A stretch of 38,206 nt of DNA from Eubacterium sp. GTDB taxonomy: Bacteria; Bacillota; Clostridia; Lachnospirales; CAG-274. Both the position numbers and the translations under genes were made by a program. Below are positions 25,987 through 34,517 of the stretch, one piece after another. The notes beneath the pieces were generated by a model that saw nothing but the letters and a program-made list of their open reading frames with translations, made no database searches and was not told where the DNA came from. The stretch lies in NCBI GenBank assembly GCA_020859645.1, contig JAJBVU010000272.1:1-38206 (forward strand). The letters are read 5' to 3'. Numbering within the stretch: the first letter of the stretch is position 1; each line of letters opens with the position of its first letter.

Positions 25987-26963
25987 TGAAATACACCTCT
26001 TACGGAAACCTCTCCGGAGCGGAGAGTTAATAAGCTTCCGTCATTCTGTCTTACTATAAGACTGCCGTCGGCGGAAATATCCTCCCCTACGGCAATAATT
26101 TCCTTATTGTCATAAATCGCCTTAAGCTCTCTGCCTATGTTTATGCAGCTTGCCTTATATTCTTCCAAAAATGGAGCAAATGAGCCGTTTTCACAGTAGG
26201 CAATGTATAATTTTTCGAAATTGTTAAGTACGGCAGCTAAAACGTCCTTCCTTAAAAATGCTTTCCCCGTTTCAATATAAATCGATGTGGCAATATTCTT
26301 AAGGTCATCGGGAAAGCTCTTGTTGCTTACGTTTATGCCTACTCCGCAGATTACATATTTTATATCTCTTTCTTCCGTAATCATTTCCACAAGTATTCCG
26401 CAGACCTTTTTTCCGTTAATGATAATATCATTGGGCCATTTTATCATGCTTTCCGCACCGCAGAGACTTCGAAGGGCTTTATTCACCGCAAGCCCCATAA
26501 GAAGAGTCAAATTGGGCGCAAGCTCAGGAGCAAAATCGGGACGCAAAACTATGCTGAAGGCAATTCCGGCTTTAGGCTCCAAGGTCCAGCTTCTGCCCCG
26601 TCTGCCCTTGCCGAAACGCTGTTCCTCACAGATGCACAGTGCGCCGTCCTTACAGCCCTTTTCGGCATGACTTTTAAGCAAATCGTTTGTGGATTTAACC
26701 TGCCTTTGGCTGAAAATTTCTCTGCCTATAAATTTTGTGGTTAAAGCCCTGTCTACCTCGTTGGGGTTTAAAATATCCCCTTCGGCTATAAGCTTATGTC
26801 CTCTGTTTTGTACAGAGCTGATTTCATAGCCCTCTTCTCTTAAAACGTCTATATGCTTGGCAACAGCCGCCCGGCTGATGTTAAGCTTTTCTCCTATATT
26901 ACTGCCGGAAATAAAGCCCGGCTGTTCTTTTAATATTTCCAAAATCTTATATCTGACCATCAT
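25983..26963 (-). CDS. birA: Bifunctional biotin--[acetyl-CoA-carboxylase] ligase / repressor
   Basis: N-terminal winged HTH (ISGSNIGEKLNISRAAVAKHIDVLREEGY), GKGRRGRSW biotin-binding loop and a C-terminal SH3-like tail. ATG at 26963 is preferred over GTG at 26972. Confidence 0.85.
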   Translation of the reverse strand: MMVRYKILEILKEQPGFISGSNIGEKLNISRAAVAKHIDVLREEGYEISSVQNRGHKLIAEGDILNPNEVDRALTTKFIGREIFSQRQVKSTNDLLKSHAEKGCKDGALCICEEQRFGKGRRGRSWTLEPKAGIAFSIVLRPDFAPELAPNLTLLMGLAVNKALRSLCGAESMIKWPNDIIINGKKVCGILVEMITEERDIKYVICGVGINVSNKSFPDDLKNIATSIYIETGKAFLRKDVLAAVLNNFEKLYIAYCENGSFAPFLEEYKASCINIGRELKAIYDNKEIIAVGEDISADGSLIVRQNDGSLLTLRSGEVSVRGVFQ

Positions 26964-26986
26964 AAAAATCACATCCTTTATGATTG

Positions 26987-27015
26987 ATTATATAATATTA
27001 TTTTGTTAAAATCAA
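26987..27015 (-). promoter_or_regulatory. Sigma-A type promoter of the birA operon
   Basis: Minus strand: TTGATT, 17 nt, TATAAT. Confidence 0.55.
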
Positions 27016-27038
27016 CAAGTTTAAGGAAAGTTTAACAA
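27003..27038. promoter_or_regulatory. bioO-like inverted repeat (candidate BirA operator)
   Basis: Perfect 8-bp inverted repeat TTGTTAAA-N20-TTTAACAA, overlapping the promoter spacer and -35 box. Confidence 0.45.
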
Positions 27039-27089
27039 TCCGAGCATAACAGTCTATATATTTTATATATTTCAAATATTCCTAATTTT

Positions 27090-27130
27090 AAAAGTCTCTG
27101 AAGAGCTGGTTTTACCTTTCAGAGACCTTT
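27090..27130 (-). terminator. Intrinsic terminator after the PIN/partner pair
   Basis: GTCTCTGAA/TTCAGAGAC 9-bp stem. On the minus strand it is followed by TTTTAAAATT. Confidence 0.7.
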
Positions 27131-27149
27131 TGATGTGATATTTTATTGA

Positions 27150-27350
27150 TTAGATTGCGTTTATAAGCAGGCTGTCGATTTCATCTAAGCTCGGTTCTGT
27201 TCTGTTTTGTTTTTCTTTAGTATAATCACCATAACCCAAATTATTTTGAGCTATAAACTTTGCTGCACCAACAACGCCTAAACATTCTTCCAAAGCTTTA
27301 AAACCTGCCGCCTGTATTTCCATAGGATTGTTTAAATTAACCTGTACCAT
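27150..27350 (-). CDS. Small partner protein of the PIN gene (putative antitoxin)
   Basis: 66 aa. It starts 1 nt after the PIN stop. The conserved core LGVVGAAKFIAQNNLGYGDYTKEK is also present in the second copy at 34597-34791. Confidence 0.6.
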   Translation of the reverse strand: MVQVNLNNPMEIQAAGFKALEECLGVVGAAKFIAQNNLGYGDYTKEKQNRTEPSLDEIDSLLINAI

Positions 27351-27351
27351 A

Positions 27352-27792
27352 TTAAAACACCTCCAATATAAATTTTAAGGGGTTCATAACCTTAACACTT
27401 AAATCCAATTTATCAGCCATCTTTTCCAATTTATCATCAGTAGTCAGCATATAATCTGCATTAGCGGCAGCAGCGGAAGCAATATGAAGGCTGTCAAATT
27501 CCCTTATTTTTGACTTTTCCATAATTTGCTTTGCATAGGTTTTGATACTTTCAGAATAAGCAATATGAGTTTTAGCCACTGTATATAGCTGTTTTATTCT
27601 GTTTTTTCTTATAGGATCTTGAATGTGTTCTATTTCAAGCTTTAATATATCGCTGCCGATAATTTCCAAATTACCAAATTCGCTGTTATAAAGAATAGAT
27701 AAAACCGCATCTGTTTCCAAATGTATTCTTTCTTGGCTTTGATCATCAAAAGGTCGGTTATAACAGCAGCAATCCAAATATACCTTTTTCAT
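27352..27792 (-). CDS. PIN-domain protein (putative toxin ribonuclease)
   Basis: Acidic PIN residues sit in the expected context: VYLDCCCYNRPFDDQ, IHLETDA, FDSLHIASA, MLTTDDKL. Confidence 0.75.
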   Translation of the reverse strand: MKKVYLDCCCYNRPFDDQSQERIHLETDAVLSILYNSEFGNLEIIGSDILKLEIEHIQDPIRKNRIKQLYTVAKTHIAYSESIKTYAKQIMEKSKIREFDSLHIASAAAANADYMLTTDDKLEKMADKLDLSVKVMNPLKFILEVF

Positions 27793-27822
27793 ATGTTTGT
27801 CACTCCTATATTATCTATCTTT

Positions 27823-27851
27823 ATTTTACAACAATTCAGTTGTCTTATCAA
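27823..27851 (-). promoter_or_regulatory. Sigma-A type promoter of the PIN module
   Basis: Minus strand: TTGATA, 17 nt, TAAAAT. The same boxes are conserved in copy B. Confidence 0.55.
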
Positions 27852-27895
27852 GAAAATTTTGATGAATATTTATTTTGAATTTCTCAAAATTTTTC

Positions 27896-27924
27896 TTGAC
27901 TTTCACATAAACCTTTGATATAAT
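27896..27924 (+). promoter_or_regulatory. Sigma-A type promoter of ylxM-ffh-rpsP
   Basis: TTGACT, 17 nt, TATAAT. Confidence 0.6.
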
Positions 27925-27964
27925 ATCTTGGTGTCAAGTAAAAAAGCTTGAGGGGTGTATCAAT

Positions 27965-28288
27965 ATGAATGACAGAATTTTTATGAATTTGATATATGAT
28001 TTTTACGGAGAGCTTTTGACCGAAAAGCAGAAAAATGTGTTTGAAAGCCATTTCGGAGAGGATTTATCCTTTGTTGAAATAGGCGAGGTTTTAGGCATAA
28101 GCAAGCAGGCGGCTTGGGACATTTTAAGCCGAACCAAAAAGCAGCTTTTAAAATATGAAGAAAAGCTGGGGCTTGCGGAAAGATTTTTGAACAACAAAAA
28201 GGAGCTTGAAGAGGCTAAGAGCCTTCTTGAAGAGGGTTCCGCCGATAAAGCGGAGAAAATTCTTGAAAAACTGATTGAACACTTTTAA
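27965..28288 (+). CDS. ylxM: YlxM/p13-like putative DNA-binding protein (UPF0122)
   Basis: Sigma-70 region-4-like HTH (LSFVEIGEVLGISKQAAWD), and the conserved position immediately upstream of ffh. Confidence 0.8.
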   Translation: MNDRIFMNLIYDFYGELLTEKQKNVFESHFGEDLSFVEIGEVLGISKQAAWDILSRTKKQLLKYEEKLGLAERFLNNKKELEEAKSLLEEGSADKAEKILEKLIEHF

Positions 28289-28303
28289 ACCGAGGTGATT
28301 TTT

Positions 28304-29638
28304 ATGGCATTTGAAAGCCTTGCGGATAAGCTTCAGTCTGCGTTTAAAAACTTAACAGGAAAGGGCAAAATCAGCGAAAAAGACGTGAAAGCGGCTTTAA
28401 GAGAGGTTAAGCTTGCTCTTTTGGAGGCGGACGTAAACTTTAAAATAGTAAAGCAGTTTGTAAACAGCGTCAGCGAAAAAGCCGTAGGCAGCGATGTTTT
28501 AGAGGGGCTTAACCCCGGTCAGCAGGTCATAAAAATCGTAAGAGACGAGCTTGTAGACCTTATGGGAACAACCCAAAGCGCATTGACATTTTCTTCAAAA
28601 AGCCCTACTGTTTATATGCTTGCCGGGCTTCAGGGCGCCGGCAAAACCACAGCGGCAGGCAAGCTTGCGGTTCAGCTTAAAAAGAAGGGAAAGAATCCTT
28701 TGCTTGTAGCCTGCGACGTTTACAGACCTGCGGCAATAAAACAGCTTCAGGTTGTGGGCAGCGGCTGCGGAGTTCCCGTTTTCGAGCAGGGACAGATTAA
28801 CCCTGTGGAAATCGCTAAAAACGGCGTTGCCTTCGCAAAGGAAAAGGGCAATGATATTGTTATTATAGATACCGCCGGCAGACTTCACATAAACGAGGAG
28901 CTTATGGACGAGCTTGCGGAGATTAAGCGTGAAGTCAGACCCCAGGAGATTTTGCTTGTTATAGACGCTATGACAGGTCAGGACGCAGTCAATGTGGCTA
29001 AGACCTTTGACGAAAAGCTGGGCATTGACGGAACTATTCTCACAAAGCTTGACGGCGACACAAGAGGCGGCGCAGCCCTTTCAGTAAGAAGCGTAACGGG
29101 CAAGCCCATTAAATACGTAGGTATGGGCGAAAAAACTGAGGACTTAGAGCCTTTTTATCCCGACAGAATGGCTTCCAGAATTTTGGGAATGGGCGATGTC
29201 CTTACCCTTATAGACAAAGCCGAAAGTGCCTTTGATGAAAAACAGGCGGCAGAGCTTGAGCGTAAAATGCGTTCAAACGATTTTAACCTTGAGGACTTCT
29301 TAAACCAAATGCAGCAGGTTAAAAAAATGGGACCTATTAAAGACCTTTTGGGAATGCTGCCGGGTATGAACAAAATAAATTTAAACGATGTTGAAATTGA
29401 CGAAAAGGCTATGCTTCACGTTGAAGCTATTATTCAGTCAATGACTGTTAAGGAAAGACGAAACCCCGATATTTTAAACGGCTCCCGAAAGAGAAGAATT
29501 GCCAAAGGCAGCGGCAGATCCATTCAGGAAATCAATAAGCTCCTTAAGCAGTTTGAACAGATGAAGGGCATGATGAAAATGATGGGGGATATGAAAAAAG
29601 GCAAAAAGTTGGGACTTAAGCTCCCCTTTATGCAGTAA
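28304..29638 (+). CDS. ffh: Signal recognition particle protein
   Basis: [10 protein letters not shown] start, [10 protein letters not shown]-loop, DTAGR and TKLDGD GTPase motifs, and a Met-rich M domain. GAGGTGA RBS. Confidence 0.95.
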   Translation: MAFESLADKLQSAFKNLTGKGKISEKDVKAALREVKLALLEADVNFKIVKQFVNSVSEKAVGSDVLEGLNPGQQVIKIVRDELVDLMGTTQSALTFSSKSPTVYMLAGLQGAGKTTAAGKLAVQLKKKGKNPLLVACDVYRPAAIKQLQVVGSGCGVPVFEQGQINPVEIAKNGVAFAKEKGNDIVIIDTAGRLHINEELMDELAEIKREVRPQEILLVIDAMTGQDAVNVAKTFDEKLGIDGTILTKLDGDTRGGAALSVRSVTGKPIKYVGMGEKTEDLEPFYPDRMASRILGMGDVLTLIDKAESAFDEKQAAELERKMRSNDFNLEDFLNQMQQVKKMGPIKDLLGMLPGMNKINLNDVEIDEKAMLHVEAIIQSMTVKERRNPDILNGSRKRRIAKGSGRSIQEINKLLKQFEQMKGMMKMMGDMKKGKKLGLKLPFMQ

Positions 29639-29712
29639 TCAGCCAAGCAGCCGATGATTTTTCAGCGGTTTCTTATATAAAATCATATAAAATTTTTCGG
29701 GAGGTGAAAAAA

Positions 29713-29952
29713 ATGGTAAAAATCAGACTTAAGAGAATGGGAGCTAAGAAAACTCCTTTTTATAGAATAGTTGTTGCTGATTCAAGAGTACCCAGAGGGG
29801 GCAAGGCTATCGCCGAGCTTGGTTATTATGACCCTGCTAAAGAACCTTCAGTTCTCAAGGTTGACGCAGAAGCAGCTAAGGAATGGTTAAGCAAAGGCGC
29901 ACAGCCTACCGACACTGTCAGGGCGCTTCTTAAAAAAGCCGGCGCCTTATAA
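29713..29952 (+). CDS. rpsP: 30S ribosomal protein S16
   Basis: [36 protein letters not shown]. Confidence 0.95.
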   Translation: MVKIRLKRMGAKKTPFYRIVVADSRVPRGGKAIAELGYYDPAKEPSVLKVDAEAAKEWLSKGAQPTDTVRALLKKAGAL

Positions 29953-29975
29953 GAATTGTTGGGAGGTAACGCCTT

Positions 29976-30206
29976 ATGAAAGAATTGCTCACAGTGATTG
30001 CAAAGGCTCTTGTGGATAACCCCGAGGGAGTTTTTGTAAAAGATTATACTGATGACGACGCCCTTATTTTAGAGCTGCATGTCAGCGAGGACGATATGGG
30101 CAAGGTCATCGGAAAGCAGGGCAGAATTGCTAAGGCTATCCGCACTGTGGTTAAAGCAGCGGCAATCTATGAAGATAAAAAGGTTGTTGTTAAAATAATG
30201 CAGTAA
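29976..30206 (+). CDS. KH-domain RNA-binding protein (YlqC-like)
   Basis: VIGKQGRIAKAIRTVV GXXG KH motif, and the conserved position after rpsP. Confidence 0.85.
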   Translation: MKELLTVIAKALVDNPEGVFVKDYTDDDALILELHVSEDDMGKVIGKQGRIAKAIRTVVKAAAIYEDKKVVVKIMQ

Positions 30207-30231
30207 GATTTCATTTCTGCTTATAATATTA

Positions 30232-30266
30232 AAGCGTGTCAGGGAAATCCCCAACACGCTTCTTTT
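30232..30266. terminator. Bidirectional terminator between the KH gene and the SGNH hydrolase gene
   Basis: AAGCGTGT/ACACGCTT 8-bp stem, followed by CTTTTATT. Confidence 0.7.
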
Positions 30267-30840
30267 ATTGCTGCATCTTGTTGAAGGCTTCCAACCAGTG
30301 TTCAGCAAGTATTCTATGTCCCTTTTCCGTTAAGTGTATGCCGTCGGGGCTTAAATCTGTAGGCTCAGTGCGGCTTAATTCCTCTTTAAAAATTTCATCC
30401 ATAGGCAGATATTCCGCTCCGTATTTTTCACAGAGCTTTTTTATTTCCTTCCTCATAGGATCAAGAAACCTTTCCCAGTTTATAAGCTCCGCAGGAGAGG
30501 GAAAAACAAAGGGAGCGATTATAAGACAGGGCTTATTTGTAATTTTCAAAACTATTTCTTCATATGCTTCCGTAAAATGCTTAAAGCTTTTAGGGGAAGC
30601 CATTATTGAAGGAATATCGTTTACCCCTACAAGCAGGCTTATAAAATCGGGGTTTGACTGCAAAAATATGTTAATCCGCCGTTTTATATCTGCTGCCATA
30701 AAACCGTTTGTTCCTGTGTTTATAAGTTTATAGGGCAGCTTCTCCGACAGCATTTTTACATAGCCGTCACCAAGCCCGTCCCGGCTGTAAAGGTGTTCGC
30801 AGTCCGTAATACTGTCGCCCAAAAACAAAATCTTCTTCAT
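30265..30840 (-). CDS. SGNH/GDSL hydrolase-family protein
   Basis: Block I FLGDSITD, a GxND block (VGVNDI) and a C-terminal DGIHLT block. Confidence 0.8.
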   Translation of the reverse strand: MKKILFLGDSITDCEHLYSRDGLGDGYVKMLSEKLPYKLINTGTNGFMAADIKRRINIFLQSNPDFISLLVGVNDIPSIMASPKSFKHFTEAYEEIVLKITNKPCLIIAPFVFPSPAELINWERFLDPMRKEIKKLCEKYGAEYLPMDEIFKEELSRTEPTDLSPDGIHLTEKGHRILAEHWLEAFNKMQQ

Positions 30841-30850
30841 TCAATTCACC

Positions 30851-31876
30851 TTATTCTGTAATAAACATAGCGTCGCCGAAGGAAAAGAACCTATAACGCT
30901 CCTTAATTGCCTCGGCGTAGGCGTTCATAATATTTTCTTTCCCTGCCAAAGCAGAAACAAGCATAAGCAGCGTCGACTCGGGCAGATGAAAATTCGTAAT
31001 AAGATTATTCACTATTTTAAATTTATATCCGGGATATATAAATATGTCGGTTTCGCCTGATTTTGGGGTCAAAAAGCCCTTTTCATCGGCTATGGATTCA
31101 AGCGTACGTGTGGTTGTGGTGCCTACGGCGACAATTTTGCCGCCGTTCCGCCTTGTTTTGTTAATTATATCCGCTTGATCAGCCTTAAGAGTGTAAAACT
31201 CGGAATGCATTTTATGGTTCGAAACATCGTCAACCTTTACGGGGCGGAAGGTTCCCAAACCTACGTGAAGCGTTAAAGAAGCAATTTTAACCCCCATGTC
31301 TTGAATTTCTTTCATTAATTCCTGTGTAAAGTGAAGCCCTGCGGTGGGGGCTGCGGCTGAGCCGTCATTTTTGGCGTAAACTGTTTGATAGCGGTTTTTG
31401 TCCTCAAGCTTTTCGGTGATATAAGGGGGCAAGGGCATTTGACCCAACCTGTCGAGAATTTCCTCAAAAATGCCTTCGTAGCTGAAGCGGACTATTCTGT
31501 TTCCGCCGTCCGCTTCCGAAACTATTTCAGCCTCCAAAAGACCTCCGCCGAAAATAACCTTAGCCCCGGGTTTAAGCCTTTTTCCGGGGTAAACCAATGT
31601 TTCCCACGTATTTGCGTCAATTCTTTTAAGCAGCAAAACCTCAACTCTTGCTCCCGTTGTCTTTTCGCCTATTAATCTTGCGGGAATAACCTTTGTGTCG
31701 TTTATAACAAGGCAGTCGCCGGGGTTTAAATAAGACTTTATATCTCTAAAGGTTTTGTGCTCAACCGCTCCTGTGCCCTTGTGAAGAACCATAAGCCTTG
31801 AAGAGGCCCTGTCTTTAAGTGGGGTTTGGGCTATAAGCTCTTTAGGCAAATCATAATAAAAATCAGATGTTTTCAT
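30851..31876 (-). CDS. queA: S-adenosylmethionine:tRNA ribosyltransferase-isomerase
   Basis: [20 protein letters not shown], a [11 protein letters not shown]-type N-terminus, and the C-terminal [10 protein letters not shown]. Confidence 0.95.
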   Translation of the reverse strand: MKTSDFYYDLPKELIAQTPLKDRASSRLMVLHKGTGAVEHKTFRDIKSYLNPGDCLVINDTKVIPARLIGEKTTGARVEVLLLKRIDANTWETLVYPGKRLKPGAKVIFGGGLLEAEIVSEADGGNRIVRFSYEGIFEEILDRLGQMPLPPYITEKLEDKNRYQTVYAKNDGSAAAPTAGLHFTQELMKEIQDMGVKIASLTLHVGLGTFRPVKVDDVSNHKMHSEFYTLKADQADIINKTRRNGGKIVAVGTTTTRTLESIADEKGFLTPKSGETDIFIYPGYKFKIVNNLITNFHLPESTLLMLVSALAGKENIMNAYAEAIKERYRFFSFGDAMFITE

Positions 31877-31914
31877 TTCTATCTATCTCCGTTGTTTTTT
31901 TCTTTTATTAATCA

Positions 31915-31942
31915 ATTATACAATACGCTCCAAAAAAGTCAA
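31915..31942 (-). promoter_or_regulatory. Sigma-A type promoter of queA
   Basis: Minus strand: TTGACT, 16 nt, TATAAT. Confidence 0.5.
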
Positions 31943-31996
31943 GACCGTAAAGCATTAAGACTTTTAAAGAAATTTTTAATTCTTTTTCCTACACGC

Positions 31997-32030
31997 AAAA
32001 ACCTCCGCAAAGTCACTGCGGAGGTTTTTT
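31997..32030. terminator. Intrinsic terminator ending the rplK-rplA unit
   Basis: AAAA-ACCTCCGCA-loop-TGCGGAGGT-TTTTT. Symmetric flanks make it bidirectional. Confidence 0.8.
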
Positions 32031-32082
32031 ATCGTTTACGAAATTATAAACTTAAGTTAAGTCAGCTTAGGGTTAAATCTAA

Positions 32083-32787
32083 TCAGCTGTTCTGACCGCC
32101 GATTTTAGCCTGGTTAACCTTTACGCCGGGGCCCATAGTAGCTGTAAGAACAACTGACTTAAGATACTGTCCTTTAGCTGCCGAGGGTCTTGCCTTTATA
32201 ATTGCGCCCATAAGGGTATTGAAGTTTTCAAGAAGCTTGTCAGCCTCGAAGGAAGCCTTGCCTACGGGAACGTGGATAATGTTTGTTTTGTCAAGACGGT
32301 ATTCAATCTTACCTGCTTTAATTTCCTTAACAGCACTTGCAATATCCATAGTTACTGTTCCTGCCTTGGGGTTGGGCATAAGTCCCTTAGGACCTAAGAT
32401 ACGACCGATACGACCCAACTGACCCATCATATTGGGCGTTGCAACGATAACGTCGAAGTCGAACCAGTTTTCGCCCTGAATTTTGGCGATCATATCTTCT
32501 GCACCTACATAGTCTGCCCCTGCTGCTTCAGCCTCGTCGGCTTTGTCACCTTTGGCAATAACCAATACACGAACTACCTTACCTGTACCATTTGGAAGTA
32601 CAACAGCACCTCTGACCTGCTGGTCTGCGTGCCTTGAGTCTACACCTAAACGAATGTGTGCTTCTATAGTTTCATCGAATTTAGCAGAAGCTGTCTTTTT
32701 AACAAGCTCAACTGCCTCATTCGGGTCATAAAGCTTTGCCTTTTGAATAAGCTTAGCGCTTTCCTGATATTTTTTGCCTCGTTTCAA
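32083..32787 (-). CDS. rplA: 50S ribosomal protein L1
   Basis: KRGKKYQE..., DQQVRG and GKASF motifs. TTG start with a GGAGGA RBS 8 nt upstream. Confidence 0.95.
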   Translation of the reverse strand: MKRGKKYQESAKLIQKAKLYDPNEAVELVKKTASAKFDETIEAHIRLGVDSRHADQQVRGAVVLPNGTGKVVRVLVIAKGDKADEAEAAGADYVGAEDMIAKIQGENWFDFDVIVATPNMMGQLGRIGRILGPKGLMPNPKAGTVTMDIASAVKEIKAGKIEYRLDKTNIIHVPVGKASFEADKLLENFNTLMGAIIKARPSAAKGQYLKSVVLTATMGPGVKVNQAKIGGQNS

Positions 32788-32802
32788 ATTAAGTTCCTCC
32801 TT

Positions 32803-32839
32803 ATGTGGTAATATCGGGAAGATACCTACCCTCCCACTG
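32803..32839 (-). promoter_or_regulatory. L1-binding-type regulatory hairpin upstream of rplA
   Basis: Minus strand: CAGUGG-GA-GGG-(10-nt loop)-CCC-GAUAUUA-CCACAU, immediately 5' of the SD. Same architecture as the element before rplK. Confidence 0.5.
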
Positions 32840-32873
32840 AAATAAATGTTTAAGGAAATGATGTAAAATATAA

Positions 32874-33299
32874 TTATTCCTTAACAACGATACCCATGCT
32901 TCTTGCCGTACCCTTAATCATGCTTATAGCTGCGTCAAGATTTGCAGCTGTCAAGTCGGGCATTTTTGTTTCGGCAATTTTCTTTACGTCCTCATAAGAT
33001 ACGGTAGCAACCTTCTCTTTATTGGGCTTGCCTGAACCTGACTGAATGTTGGCTGCTTTTTTAAGCAGAACAGCAGCAGGGGGAGTCTTTGTAATGAATG
33101 TGAAAGACTTGTCCTGATATACGGTAATAACTACGGGAATTATAAGACCCATATCCTTCTTTGTTCTTTCATTAAATTCCTTACAAAAGCCCATAATGTT
33201 TACACCCTGCTGACCTAAAGCGGGGCCAACGGGGGGAGCAGGGTTAGCCTTGCCTGCGGGAATTTGTAATTTTACATAGCCTTGAATTTTTTTTGCCAT
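32874..33299 (-). CDS. rplK: 50S ribosomal protein L11
   Basis: [33 protein letters not shown] at 33299 with an AGGAGG RBS. The track start at 33308 is a GTG inside the RBS. Confidence 0.95.
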   Translation of the reverse strand: MAKKIQGYVKLQIPAGKANPAPPVGPALGQQGVNIMGFCKEFNERTKKDMGLIIPVVITVYQDKSFTFITKTPPAAVLLKKAANIQSGSGKPNKEKVATVSYEDVKKIAETKMPDLTAANLDAAISMIKGTARSMGIVVKE

Positions 33300-33317
33300 T
33301 ATCGGCACCTCCTATAA

Positions 33318-33349
33318 ATGTGGTAATTGCGGGATTTTCCCTCCCACTG
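33318..33349 (-). promoter_or_regulatory. L1-binding-type regulatory hairpin upstream of rplK
   Basis: Minus strand: CAGUGG-GA-GGG-(5-nt loop)-CCC-GCAAUUA-CCACAU, followed by the SD. It is preceded by a GCGGAC/GUCCGC hairpin. Confidence 0.5.
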
Positions 33350-33391
33350 CGGACAGCGCCCGTCCGCATCTTCTCTGACAAAATGCTAAGG

Positions 33392-33925
33392 TCAGTCAAT
33401 TCGGCTGATCTGACCGAAGTCAAGCTCAACGGGGGTCTCTCTGCCAAATATGGAAATCATAACAACAACGGTCTTTTTGTTAAGATTAATTTCTTTAATG
33501 GTTCCTGCGGAGTCTTTAAAAGGCCCGTCGTTTATAAGAACCGAATCGCCGACCTTGTGGTCAAACTTAACAACAACGGCTTTTTCAAGCCCGTTAAAGC
33601 GAACCTCTGCGTCCGAAAGGGGCTGAGGCTTTGAATAGTCTGTACCTACAAAGCTGGTTACGCCTCTTGTGTTTCTTACAAGATACCATGTTTCGTCGGT
33701 TAAAATCATTTTAACAAAAACATAGCAGGGATACCTCTTGCGAAGCCCCGTCTTTTTTGTGCCGTCGCTTTTAATTTCGGTATATTCTTCCTCGGGAATA
33801 TGCAGCTCGCAGATCATATCCTGAATACCCCGGTTTTTAACGGTTTTTTCAATATCTGTCATAACCTTGTTTTCATATCCCGAATATGTGTGAATAACAT
33901 ACCACTTGGGTTCCTGTTTTTCCAT
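33392..33925 (-). CDS. nusG: Transcription termination/antitermination protein NusG
   Basis: WYVIHTYSGYENKV NGN start and a C-terminal KOW motif (GDSVLINDGPFKDSAGTI). Confidence 0.95.
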   Translation of the reverse strand: MEKQEPKWYVIHTYSGYENKVMTDIEKTVKNRGIQDMICELHIPEEEYTEIKSDGTKKTGLRKRYPCYVFVKMILTDETWYLVRNTRGVTSFVGTDYSKPQPLSDAEVRFNGLEKAVVVKFDHKVGDSVLINDGPFKDSAGTIKEINLNKKTVVVMISIFGRETPVELDFGQISRID

Positions 33926-33946
33926 TTTACTTAACCCCCATAAAAC

Positions 33947-34177
33947 TTATTTCACTAAGCTTATAAGCGCACGGTAGAGATGTTCGAAAATTTCGTCATA
34001 TCCCCAGATAATAGCGCCTACAATAAGTGAAAGGCAAATAACTGTTATGGTCTGCTTTAAAAGCTCTTCTCTTGAGGGCCAAATAATCTTTCTGTATTCG
34101 CCCATATGTTTGTTTAAGAACTGTTTAGCAGCGCCTTTTTCTTTTACTGTTACGTTTTTGGTGTTTTTTTCTTCCAT
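33947..34177 (-). CDS. secE: Preprotein translocase subunit SecE
   Basis: EYRKIIWPSREELLKQT followed by a single TM helix. Conserved position between rpmG and nusG. Confidence 0.85.
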   Translation of the reverse strand: MEEKNTKNVTVKEKGAAKQFLNKHMGEYRKIIWPSREELLKQTITVICLSLIVGAIIWGYDEIFEHLYRALISLVK

Positions 34178-34225
34178 TAGATAGATACCCCTTTCTGTAA
34201 AAAGGTCATCTCAGAGAAAGCCTTA

Positions 34226-34375
34226 TTATTTGGTTTCTCTGTGAGTAGTGTGCTTATTGCAGAACTTGCAATATTTCTTGGTTTCCATTCTTTCGGGATG
34301 TACTCTCTTGTCCTTCATAGTGTTATAATTACGCTGTTTACATTCAGTACATGCCAAGGTAATTCTTGTCCTCAA
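34226..34375 (-). CDS. rpmG: 50S ribosomal protein L33
   Basis: Not in the ORF track (49 aa). Manual translation: (M)[48 protein letters not shown], with two CxxC pairs. Apparent TTG start 6 nt after AGGTGA. Confidence 0.8.
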   Translation of the reverse strand: MRTRITLACTECKQRNYNTMKDKRVHPERMETKKYCKFCNKHTTHRETK

Positions 34376-34466
34376 AACCCTTCACCTGCCTTTTTCAAAA
34401 ATAATGTTAGTTTCCTTCAGCCGCAAAAAATGCGGCACAAAAAAAGACGTTCTGCGTCTTTAAAAT

Positions 34467-34495
34467 ATATTAACACAAAGCCTAAATTCTGTCAA
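34467..34495 (-). promoter_or_regulatory. Sigma-A type promoter of rpmG-secE-nusG-rplKA
   Basis: Minus strand: TTGACA, 17 nt, TAATAT. Confidence 0.6.
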
Positions 34496-34517
34496 GTTAA
34501 ATTTAAACTTTTACTTC

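Larger units (their letters stand above)
27138..27862. repeat. Inverted-repeat copy A (complete PIN + partner module with its promoter)
   Basis: Its two ends (promoter through the first 17 nt of the PIN ORF, and the last ~170 nt of the partner gene through the stop) match 34518-34797 in inverted orientation. Identity is roughly 92-94 percent by hand count. Confidence 0.85.

Noticed and set aside
30236-30733. 165-aa plus-strand ORF opposite the SGNH hydrolase gene
   Set aside because: It begins inside the bidirectional terminator, has no RBS or recognisable motifs, and is antisense to a CDS with clear GDSL blocks.
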